A stretch of DNA of 64,000 nucleotides, from the NCBI GenBank assembly GCA_964454015.1, contig CAYVQF010000003.1, positions 127,057 to 191,056 on the forward strand, in the 5' to 3' direction. The notes under the pieces were generated by a model. That model saw only the letters and a program-made list of their open reading frames with translations. It was not told where the DNA came from and ran no database searches. Numbering within the stretch: the stretch's first letter is position 1; every line of letters begins with the position of its first letter. This stretch comes from an uncultured Myxococcales bacterium. GTDB taxonomy: Bacteria > Myxococcota_A > Bradymonadia > UBA4248. Shown here piece after piece: positions 44,910 through 53,170 of the stretch. The position numbers and the translations under genes were made by a program.

Positions 44910-46412
44910 ATGAGCGAAGATGGGGGCGGCAGGATGCCTGGTCCACAAGAGGACAAGCGCGAGGGAATGCGGATGGCACAGGAAGAACTCACCGAGACCA
45001 CACTAGCCCTACAGCACTACTACGATGTGCGCAGCGTTCAACGGCGTCACTTTTTGGGGACGCTTTACGATGCAGTGGAGCAGCCCTTTGGGCGTCCGGT
45101 CTTGCTTTGGGTACTGGATCAGTTGCCCGAAATGGGGGCTGCGGCGGAGAGCATCGAGCGCTTCGAGCAGGCCATTGTCGCCGGGACCCACCTGCGCCAC
45201 GCGCACCACCAGCGGCCCTTGGACTTTGGGACGCTGAGCGGCGGGGTCCCGTTTCTAGTCATGGATGGTCTGGAGGGGCGCAGCCTGCGCGGGCTCATCT
45301 CTGAGCGGGGACGTTTGGAGCCTTGGGAAGCGCTGCGGGTGCTGGAGCAGGTGGCCGACTTGGTGCGCAGTGCTCATGCCCTCGGTCTGAGCCATTTGGG
45401 TTTGGACGCAGAGCGAATTTGGGTGCGTGATGTGGGGCGCATGGAGGTCTCTGTCTTTGGCTTGGGCCTGGCGTTTACGCGCTCGGAGGTCTTGGCCATG
45501 AGCGGGATCGCCGTTGAGGTGGAGATGATGCGGCATTTGCCGCCCGCGGCCTTTGGCGTCGCTGCAGCGGAGGTTGTGGGAGAAGGCGCCGAGGATGGCG
45601 TGGCGGCGCGGATGGCTGCTGACTTCTATGGCGTCGCGGCGATTTACTACGAGTGTCTGAGCGGTCGGCACCCCTACTTTCGCGATGATCGCGATGTAGG
45701 TGATGGCGTGTTGGCGATCATGCGCGAGGAGCCGCCTTCCTTGGCTCAGCATTTTGGCTTCGGGGAGGGGCTCAGTGGGGTGGTGGCGCAGGGTCTGGGT
45801 CGCGACCCGGTGGCGTCCTTCGAGGGTGTGGGAGCCTTTGTCGAGGCGGTGCGGTTACAGGTGGGGCCAGAGGTTCTGCAGGCTGCGGCGCAGGCGGCGA
45901 CGCCTTTTGGGGCGACGCAGACGGTGGTCCAGGCGGCGGTGGTGGAGGAGGCCGCGGCTCGGGTGTGGTCTTGGCGCGGTGTGCCCGTGTCGTGGTTGGT
46001 GGGCGCTGCCTTGGCGGTGGTGGTGGCCCTGGTGCTGACCTGGGGCATGAGCAGTCGCACGGAGTTGTTGGGTGCCATCGCAATGCCTGAGCTCATTCCG
46101 CAGGCGGGTCCGGGCGAGGGGATCGACGTGGTGCTGGTGAGTGAGGTGGCGGCTTATGAAGGGGAGCGTGGTCGACCGACCCGGGCGGACCTCTACGTGG
46201 TCAACCTGAAGGGCGAGGCGATGCGGGTTGGGCAAACGCCCTATGTGTTGCGCAACCAGCAGGAGGGGGCGCGGCTGCACTTCGTGATGAGCGCGCCTGG
46301 GGTGCGGCCCAAGCAGTTGGCGTTGCGGGTGAGCGATATGGGGGGGCGTTCGATGGTGGTGTCTGAGCAGCTCACCTTGGCGGAGCGTCACACGGCGCAG
46401 CTCGTCCCCTGA
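44910..46412 (+). CDS. pseudokinase-domain membrane protein (kinase fold lacking catalytic motifs) + TM + periplasmic domain
   Basis: Kinase-like fold is recognisable (glycine-loop position YDVRSVQRRHFLGTLYD, hinge PFLVMDGLEGRSL). HRD is replaced by SHLGLD, DFG by VFGLG, and the VAIK lysine is absent. TM VSWLVGAALAVVVALVLTW. C-terminal extracytoplasmic domain of about 130 aa. Confidence 0.7.
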   Translation: MSEDGGGRMPGPQEDKREGMRMAQEELTETTLALQHYYDVRSVQRRHFLGTLYDAVEQPFGRPVLLWVLDQLPEMGAAAESIERFEQAIVAGTHLRHAHHQRPLDFGTLSGGVPFLVMDGLEGRSLRGLISERGRLEPWEALRVLEQVADLVRSAHALGLSHLGLDAERIWVRDVGRMEVSVFGLGLAFTRSEVLAMSGIAVEVEMMRHLPPAAFGVAAAEVVGEGAEDGVAARMAADFYGVAAIYYECLSGRHPYFRDDRDVGDGVLAIMREEPPSLAQHFGFGEGLSGVVAQGLGRDPVASFEGVGAFVEAVRLQVGPEVLQAAAQAATPFGATQTVVQAAVVEEAAARVWSWRGVPVSWLVGAALAVVVALVLTWGMSSRTELLGAIAMPELIPQAGPGEGIDVVLVSEVAAYEGERGRPTRADLYVVNLKGEAMRVGQTPYVLRNQQEGARLHFVMSAPGVRPKQLALRVSDMGGRSMVVSEQLTLAERHTAQLVP

Positions 46413-46422
46413 GGGGACGCTT

Positions 46423-48345
46423 TCAAGGCTGGATGCGTGGCCCAGGGAGGCGGAGGTCGCCGTCGCGGCGGGTGTAGCCTTTGCGGTCGAGGAGCTCCGC
46501 CACGGGGATGAGGTGTTTGCGCGAGAGGCCGGTGAGGTCCCTGAGCTCGCCGATGGAGAGCTGGGGGTGCTCGCTGAAGTGCCGCTGCACCAGGCTCACG
46601 GCGTTCTCCCATGCGGGTGCGCTGACAATCATGTCGGGCCGGATACGGATGAGGCGTCCTTCATCGATGAGTCGCTTGGCGATGACCTTACACAGGGGCA
46701 GGGGTGCCGTGAGGCGTGTCTGGATTTCTTCGATGGCGACGCCGGCCATGCCGAGCTCGTCGAAGGCGGCGGTCATGGCGTTCTCCAAGTGCTCGTCACG
46801 CGGGGGTGGCAGCCGGGCCAGGCGGAGGGCTTCGCCATAGCGGCTGAGCCAGCGCTCCTTCTCGAAGCGCAGCAGGAAGCGGTCGAAGAGGTTCTTGTCC
46901 AGCCCGACTCGCAGGCTGGTGCGTGCTTCTTCTTTGCCGATGCCCGTGGCGTGAGGCGAGGCCTGATGGTGTTCTTCGAGGCAGCGTTGGAGGCGTAGGC
47001 GCAGCTCGTCGAGGGCGCTGCGAGCGAATCTTTGTTCGTCCGTGTCGGCGAGGGCGAGGAGCTCGCCCCGCTTGGTGAGTTGGGCGACAACGGCGAGGAT
47101 TTTGGCGAGGGGGAAGGGGAGGAAGGTGAGGAGTTCTTTGGGGCGGATGCCGCTGACGCCAGCGAGCTCGGCGCGGGCCATGATGGCCCGCTCCGCATCG
47201 TCCGAGGCGAGGGCTTGGAGGCGGGCGGCGTGGGCGGCGAGGTGACGCCGGCGGAAGCGGGGCGCGAGGGGATCCAGGACGCGGCCACCGGCGATGGTTT
47301 TGCCGTAGTTTTTCAGATTTTCGAAGCCGCGGAGGACGAAGCGGTCGCCAGCGATGACCGTGACGGCTTCCTGGGTGCGAATTTGGACGAGGGCCGTCTC
47401 TCCTGGGGCGAGGCGTTGCTCCTGGATGAGGATGATCCTGGCGTTGACTTGGCGGGTGAGGGTGTGGAGCAGGGCCGGGGCGCGATCGGCGATGCCTTTG
47501 TCGACGTGAGGTAGGACTTCGAGCTCGGCGTCGAAGCACAGGCTCTGCTGGAGGCGCCCCGTGGGCGCGACGAGGTCGCCGCGGTGCACGTCATTGTGGG
47601 CAATTCCCGGGAGGTTGATGGCGACCCTGGAGCCAGGCATGACCCGCTTGAGGTCTTCGCCGTGAACGGTGAGTTTGCGGATTTTGGTCTCTTTGCCGTC
47701 GCCGGGGGTGATTTCGACATCATCGCCGAGGGCCATTGGGCCGCCGAGGAGGGTTCCGGTGACGATGGTGCCAAAGCCTTTGAGGGTGAAGACGCGGTCA
47801 ATGGGGAGACGGGGGACGTTGTCGGCGGTCCTGCTCTCGCGGAGGTTGTCTTTGAGCCACGCCGTCAGGGCAGCGCGGGTGCGGTCCAGGGTGGCTTCGT
47901 TCTTCACCGAGCAGTGGAGAATGGCGGCGTCGTGGAGGAAGGTGTCTTTGAAGGCCGTGCGGAGATCGTCTTCCACCAAGAGGAGCCATTCTTCGTCGAC
48001 GAGATCGATCTTGGTCAGCACCACGATCCCGCGTCGCACGCCCATGAGGCGGCAGATTTCGAGATGCTCGCGGGTCTGGGGCATGATGCCTTCGTCAGCG
48101 GCGACGACCATGAGGACCAGATCGAGCCCGCCAGCCCCCGCGACCATGTGGCGGATGAAGCGTTCGTGTCCGGGGACGTCGACGATGCCGACGCGGTGGG
48201 CGCCGATGTCGATCCAGGCGAAGCCCAGCTCGATGGTGATACCGCGGGCCCTCTCCTCTTTGAGGCGTGAGGTGTTGATACCGGTGAGCGCTTCGATGAG
48301 GGAGGTTTTCCCATGGTCGACGTGGCCAGCAGTTCCGAGGATCAC
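46423..48345 (-). CDS. selB: selenocysteine-specific elongation factor SelB
   Basis: GTG start. G1 [10 protein letters not shown]3 [10 protein letters not shown]-Tu-like domains II and III, followed by C-terminal winged-helix repeats. 640 aa. Confidence 0.9.
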   Translation of the reverse strand: MILGTAGHVDHGKTSLIEALTGINTSRLKEERARGITIELGFAWIDIGAHRVGIVDVPGHERFIRHMVAGAGGLDLVLMVVAADEGIMPQTREHLEICRLMGVRRGIVVLTKIDLVDEEWLLLVEDDLRTAFKDTFLHDAAILHCSVKNEATLDRTRAALTAWLKDNLRESRTADNVPRLPIDRVFTLKGFGTIVTGTLLGGPMALGDDVEITPGDGKETKIRKLTVHGEDLKRVMPGSRVAINLPGIAHNDVHRGDLVAPTGRLQQSLCFDAELEVLPHVDKGIADRAPALLHTLTRQVNARIILIQEQRLAPGETALVQIRTQEAVTVIAGDRFVLRGFENLKNYGKTIAGGRVLDPLAPRFRRRHLAAHAARLQALASDDAERAIMARAELAGVSGIRPKELLTFLPFPLAKILAVVAQLTKRGELLALADTDEQRFARSALDELRLRLQRCLEEHHQASPHATGIGKEEARTSLRVGLDKNLFDRFLLRFEKERWLSRYGEALRLARLPPPRDEHLENAMTAAFDELGMAGVAIEEIQTRLTAPLPLCKVIAKRLIDEGRLIRIRPDMIVSAPAWENAVSLVQRHFSEHPQLSIGELRDLTGLSRKHLIPVAELLDRKGYTRRDGDLRLPGPRIQP

Positions 48346-48597
48346 TTGCAGTCTCCGAGGAAGGGGTCGGTGGCGTCAGGCGGCTCGCTGCGCTTCCGGG
48401 CAGGTGAGCCATGGGAGGTATACCTGTGGTAGCGCTCGCGGTACAAGTGGCCACCCGGTCTCCATCCACTGATGGGGCGATGGTTTTGCTTGCCCGTGCG
48501 CCGCTGGCGTGCAGAATGGCGACGCGGCGCGTATTTGCAGAAGCGACGCAGTGTGGTGAGGGTTCACCCAGTGGGTGCACTGGCGGGGAGTGGGCGA

Positions 48598-49266
48598 ATG
48601 GAAAGGTCTTTGTTTTCGTTGTGTTTGCGTGCGGTGTGCCTGTTCGTGGCGGTCGCCGCAGCGAGCGGTTGTGCCTCGTTTTCGGCGATGCAGACGGCCC
48701 ACACCGTCGCCGAGGGTGAGGTGCGCTACGCAGTCTCCCTTCAGGGCGTGGGTGGGGGTGGGGCGCCGCTGAGCTCTTTTGAGCCAGGTGTGGAAGGCTC
48801 GGTGCGCTATGGGATTGCGGAGGATTGGGACGTGGGCCTGAAGCTGCACCTGTTGGGTGCGCAGGCTGGCGCGAAGGTGCAATTGATGCGCGGCGACTTT
48901 GATTTGGCGCTGGCGCTGGAGGGGGGCTATGGGTGGGTGTGGAGCGCCGGTATCGATGCGCCGCGATCCCACGTGCTGGTGGTGCGGTTGCCGCTGCTGA
49001 TGGAGCAACACTTGCACGAGATCGTGGGTTTGACTTTCGGGCCAGAGCTGAGTGGGGTGTGGGCCGTTGCCGGGGCGGAACGGGGCGATGTCTATGGCGA
49101 CACGGCGCTCTATGGTGGAGGTCGTCTGGGTGTGGTGTTGCGCTTGCTGTCGAATCTGTGGTTGATGCCTGAGGTGATGGGCCAGGTGTCCTTGGTGGGT
49201 GGTGACTCCTTTGGGAGCAACATCATCTGGCAAGGAGGGATGACGTTCTTTTTTGGTGCGCTTTGA
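48598..49266 (+). CDS. lipoprotein, possibly a small beta-barrel (hypothetical)
   Basis: Start trimmed to MERSLFSLCLRAVCLFVAVAAASGCASF. Alternating-hydrophobic strand pattern. Its stop overlaps the PAP2 gene start (ATGA). Confidence 0.5.
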   Translation: MERSLFSLCLRAVCLFVAVAAASGCASFSAMQTAHTVAEGEVRYAVSLQGVGGGGAPLSSFEPGVEGSVRYGIAEDWDVGLKLHLLGAQAGAKVQLMRGDFDLALALEGGYGWVWSAGIDAPRSHVLVVRLPLLMEQHLHEIVGLTFGPELSGVWAVAGAERGDVYGDTALYGGGRLGVVLRLLSNLWLMPEVMGQVSLVGGDSFGSNIIWQGGMTFFFGAL

Positions 49267-50009
49267 TGGGTACAGAGAAGCGCATTGGGGCGAAGGTGAC
49301 AGTGCTGCGCGCATGGTGGGATCGGGTGTGGCTGGCGCTGGCCTGGCGCTATTTGAGTCATTCTCTGATGTTGGGCTTGGCGTTGTTGAACGAGCTGCGA
49401 CCAGCGCCGCAGCTTCCGGACACGGTATTGTCGCTCATTCCCTATGTGGCGTGGGTGGATAGGCACAACTACACGATCTGGCTGGTGCTCTATTTTCCTT
49501 TGGCGCTGTGGTTGTGGCGGCGCGATCGGGACGCTTTCGTTCATTTTCTCTATGTGGGCGGGCTCCTGAGTTTGGTGCGTGGGCTGTGCATTGGTCTCAC
49601 GGGTCTGGGTCCGGTGCACTTGGACGACGTCAACGTGGGGCTGAGTTACGCGGAGCTGTGGCAGGCTTGGTTGCGTTTGGTCAATCCCTTGGATGCGCTG
49701 ATGAGTGACGCGCCTCACGTCTATTTGACGAAGGATCTCTTCTTCTCGGGCCACACGGCGACGACATTCTTGCTCTGGCTCTATTGTCGCAAAGAGCCAG
49801 GCTTGGGCTTGGCGGCGCTTTTGGCCCACGTCGTCGTCGTGGCGTCGGTGTTTTTTGCGCACCTCCACTATACCATCGATGTGGTCGGGGCGTGGGCGAT
49901 CACGGGCTGTGTGTTTGTGCTGGCGCGCCGGATCGGGTATTCATCGTCTAGGTCTCGTGTTGCCATGGCGGGACCTGACGAGTCTGGGAACGTGGAGGTG
50001 GCGGGGTGA
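49263..50009 (+). CDS. PAP2 (type-2 phosphatidic-acid phosphatase) superfamily membrane protein
   Basis: Multi-TM. PAP2 motif C2 and C3 equivalents (FFSGHTATTF and HLHYTIDVVGAWAI). Confidence 0.65.
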   Translation: MMGTEKRIGAKVTVLRAWWDRVWLALAWRYLSHSLMLGLALLNELRPAPQLPDTVLSLIPYVAWVDRHNYTIWLVLYFPLALWLWRRDRDAFVHFLYVGGLLSLVRGLCIGLTGLGPVHLDDVNVGLSYAELWQAWLRLVNPLDALMSDAPHVYLTKDLFFSGHTATTFLLWLYCRKEPGLGLAALLAHVVVVASVFFAHLHYTIDVVGAWAITGCVFVLARRIGYSSSRSRVAMAGPDESGNVEVAG

Positions 50010-50062
50010 GTGCGGCGTTTGTTTTTCGCAGGTATGAATCCCCTCTGACACTGAATCGGTAA

Positions 50063-52315
50063 TTGATGGACGAGCACGGGAAAAGTTCAGGCGCGCGGTG
50101 TCCGAGCTGTGGCGCGGTGGCCAGTGATGAGTGGTGTGGGCAGTGCGGTAGCCGGGTGACTGGCTCTGCTGAGGCTTCGCGGCGCTGGCTCGAGCCGGGC
50201 GAGGTGGTTCGTTTTGGCCCGGCACCGGAGGTGCTATCGAGTGTGGCGGCTGCGCCAGCGGTGACCCAGGCTGAAGAGAAGCCGGCAGGCGGCGAGTGGG
50301 ATGCTGCGGCGCGTACCCGTTTGGATATTCCCGTGGCGTCGATTTTGGCGACGGAGGTGGCCCGGGCTGAGGCGACGAGTACGGAGCCGCAGCCGAGCAT
50401 CAAGAGTGAGGAAGTGCAGGCCGTGGGCAGCCCAGCCCTGGAGGAAGGGGCGGTCTCAGCCGATCTCATGGGCCTCGGTGGTGGTGTTTTAGCGGCCGCG
50501 CGGAGTGCCTTCGAGCGCATTGGCGCGCCACTGGTTCATGCGTCGCCGCCGCCCATGCCGGCAGGCGTCTCCGTTGAGGCGGAGGCCGACGGCGCGGATG
50601 ATCTGGGTCGTCACGACACGATGGTGGCCATGCCCATCGTGCGTCCGGCGACGGACGCCGCCGAGTGCGAGCCGGGCCAATATCTGGTCCGCATCGGTAA
50701 GTCTCGCGAATCCTATTCGCAGCGCCGCCTGTGGGAAGCCGAGGCGGTGTCGGGTGAGCACCACTATGTGGTCGAGGAACGCCGTCTACTCGCGGGTGAA
50801 GATCCCGAGGTGGCGGTGGCCCTGGAGACACCCGACCCGGTGTCGAGTCGCTTCATTTTTGGCCCCTTGTCGCGCTTTCTCCACGACGGTCGCGTGTTGA
50901 CCCTCTATCCCGTGGCGCGTGGTCAGTCGGTGGAGGCTTGGCGCCGCACCCTGGGCCGGGAAGCGGCAACGCCACGGGCGATTCTCAATGTTCTCCGCCC
51001 CATCATCCTGGCGGTCGCTGAGATGCATCGGGAGAACCGGGTGCATCTCCAGATCAACCCGCGGACGGTGTGGCTCTTTCAGGGTAATGTCGGCTTCACT
51101 GGCGCCGACTACTTGGAGCCGTTGCCGGTGGAGCGCAGCCGCTTCAGGGCGACGTTGGGTTTTTCGGCGCCGGAAGTCTTTGGCCGCTCCAAGCAGAGTA
51201 TCGACAAAGGAGCGGACATCTATTCCCTGGGGGCGATGGCCTATTTCTTGGTCGCCGGGGTGATCCCACCGGTGGCACCTGAGACGGCTTATGCGCCAGC
51301 GGTGTCGCCGCGTGATTTTCGGCCGACCTTTCCCGTGGGGTGGACCGAGGCGATTTTGCGGGCCACTGACCCCGTTCCGGGGCGTCGTTTTGCCACGGCG
51401 GAGGCCTTCCTGGAGGCGTTGACCACAGGCTATGCTCAGATCCGGGCTCGCTCTTCCTTCGAGCAAGGGGTGAGCGTGATTGGCGAAGCCGAGCGCCATA
51501 TTGGCTACTCCAAAAAGAAGCGCTCGCCCGTGAACCAGGATCAGGTCTTTTTTGCCCAAGATCCGCTGCGGCGGCGCGTGATGATGGCTGTCGCCGATGG
51601 CGTCTCCACGGCGACCTATGGCTCGGGGGATTTGGCGAGCGGCTTTTTGATCCGGCGCGTCGAGAGGGCGTGGGCCCTGCTGTGCGAGAGCGGAGATGGG
51701 CCCGACGCCGAGGATTTCTTGACGGACATCATCAACGGCGCCAACCGCGACATCTGCGAGCACGTGAACAACACCTGCGGGGCCCTGGCGGCGGGCCCGG
51801 CTCAGGTCATGGGTTCGACGGCGTTGGTCGCTTATGTCGAGGGCGGGGTGATGACCCTGGCATCGCTCGGCGATAGCCGTTGCTATATTGTGCGTTCCGA
51901 TCTCATGGAGTGTCTGACCCGGGACCACAACCTCTTCACGTTGAGTTTGGTGGAAGGGCTGAACATCGAAGACGTATTGGCCATGTCGCATGGGGATGCC
52001 TTGGCGCGTTGTCTTGGGACTTTCGACACGGATCAAGAGGGCTTCTTGGTCGCCATCGATCCTCCCTTCGACATCTACCGGCATCGTTTGCTACCGGGTG
52101 ACAATGTGCTGCTTTGTTCAGATGGGCTCTTTGACTACGCCGGCTCAACCTACGAAGAGAGCGAGAGCAATATTCGCCGCATCGTCTTGACCGAGTCGCA
52201 CCCAGGCATCGCGTGCCTCGAGCTCATTCTGCTCGCCAATCGCGGCGGCGGCGGAGACAACATCGGGGTGGCGCTGATGAAAGTTGGCGGCGAAGTGGTG
52301 CGCGGCGAAGCTTGA
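50063..52315 (+). CDS. zinc-ribbon + pseudokinase-like + PP2C-type Ser/Thr phosphatase fusion protein
   Basis: N-terminal CPSCG...CGQCG ribbon. Central kinase-like domain with APE (FSAPEVFG) and the alpha-F helix (DIYSLGAMAY), but HRD is replaced by HLQINPRT and there is no DFG. The C-terminal PP2C motifs are intact (AVADGVS, GSTALVAYV, LGDSRCYIV, LLCSDGLFD, GGGGDNIGVALM). Confidence 0.8.
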   Translation: MMDEHGKSSGARCPSCGAVASDEWCGQCGSRVTGSAEASRRWLEPGEVVRFGPAPEVLSSVAAAPAVTQAEEKPAGGEWDAAARTRLDIPVASILATEVARAEATSTEPQPSIKSEEVQAVGSPALEEGAVSADLMGLGGGVLAAARSAFERIGAPLVHASPPPMPAGVSVEAEADGADDLGRHDTMVAMPIVRPATDAAECEPGQYLVRIGKSRESYSQRRLWEAEAVSGEHHYVVEERRLLAGEDPEVAVALETPDPVSSRFIFGPLSRFLHDGRVLTLYPVARGQSVEAWRRTLGREAATPRAILNVLRPIILAVAEMHRENRVHLQINPRTVWLFQGNVGFTGADYLEPLPVERSRFRATLGFSAPEVFGRSKQSIDKGADIYSLGAMAYFLVAGVIPPVAPETAYAPAVSPRDFRPTFPVGWTEAILRATDPVPGRRFATAEAFLEALTTGYAQIRARSSFEQGVSVIGEAERHIGYSKKKRSPVNQDQVFFAQDPLRRRVMMAVADGVSTATYGSGDLASGFLIRRVERAWALLCESGDGPDAEDFLTDIINGANRDICEHVNNTCGALAAGPAQVMGSTALVAYVEGGVMTLASLGDSRCYIVRSDLMECLTRDHNLFTLSLVEGLNIEDVLAMSHGDALARCLGTFDTDQEGFLVAIDPPFDIYRHRLLPGDNVLLCSDGLFDYAGSTYEESESNIRRIVLTESHPGIACLELILLANRGGGGDNIGVALMKVGGEVVRGEA

Positions 52316-52360
52316 GCCATTCCCAGTTCGGAGTGGGTGCTGCTGTAGTCTGCTCAGTGG

Positions 52361-53167
52361 GTGATTGCCATGACCGCATATTTTGACCAGCCCTCGTGGG
52401 GCTTGGTGCTGTTCGATATCGACGACACCCTGGTGAATGTTGGGGGTGTGGGCGCCCAAGCTTTAGTGGATACCATCGCCGAAGTCTTTGGGGTTCAGAG
52501 CCCGCCCGATGCCGTGTCCATGGCCGGGCGTACCGATGCCGGCTTGGTGATGGAGATCATGGCGCGCGCTGGCCACTCGGAAGAGGCGGTTCGGTCGCGC
52601 CTGTCCGAGGTCTGGCGTCGGTATCCGCGGCGGCTGGCTGAGGGCTTGCGCGGGCGTGCGCCGCGGGCTTGTCCCGGCGTTTACGAGCTTCTGGAGCGCC
52701 TTGGCTGGGACGGGCGATGGCGCCTCGGTCTCCTCACGGGCAACATGGAGGCGGCAGGGTGGCTGAAGCTGTCGGCCGTGGGGCTGCAGGGCTTCTTCCC
52801 CTGTGGTGCTTTTGGTGACGAGGCCGAAGATCGCCTGGAGTTGGGGCCCCAGGCGCTGGCTGCTGCCGAGGTGGTATTCGGTTCCCCGACACCGCCGGAG
52901 CAGGTGGTGGTGATCGGCGACACCCCCCGTGATGTGGCCTGTGCCCGAGGGATTGGGGCGCGCGCCGTGGCCGTGGCTACGGGGCACTTCAGCGAAGAAG
53001 CCCTACAAGCCGCGGCGCCCGATCTCGTCCTCCCGGATCTCCAAGGGGCGCAGGAGGTCTTGGCGCGGCTGGCCACCTTCTTGCCGCCGCGCCCGCCGCG
53101 CAGCGCTCGAGGCGTGACGCCCAAACCCGTACGCAGTATCTTTGCTCGCCCCGACTGGGATGCGTGA
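52361..53167 (+). CDS. HAD-superfamily hydrolase
   Basis: Motif I LVLFDIDDTLV. Motif III/IV region (VVVIGDTPRDVACARGIGA). Confidence 0.75.
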   Translation: MIAMTAYFDQPSWGLVLFDIDDTLVNVGGVGAQALVDTIAEVFGVQSPPDAVSMAGRTDAGLVMEIMARAGHSEEAVRSRLSEVWRRYPRRLAEGLRGRAPRACPGVYELLERLGWDGRWRLGLLTGNMEAAGWLKLSAVGLQGFFPCGAFGDEAEDRLELGPQALAAAEVVFGSPTPPEQVVVIGDTPRDVACARGIGARAVAVATGHFSEEALQAAAPDLVLPDLQGAQEVLARLATFLPPRPPRSARGVTPKPVRSIFARPDWDA

Positions 53168-53170
53168 GGC

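Noticed and set aside
48346-48597. Possible selC (tRNA-Sec) upstream of selB, suggested by a GGAAG...GGCGGCT start resembling E. coli selC
   Set aside because: No complementary 3' acceptor strand, no UCA anticodon loop and no long variable arm could be folded on either strand.
50786-52084. 432-aa minus-strand ORF
   Set aside because: Antisense to the well-supported PP2C domain.
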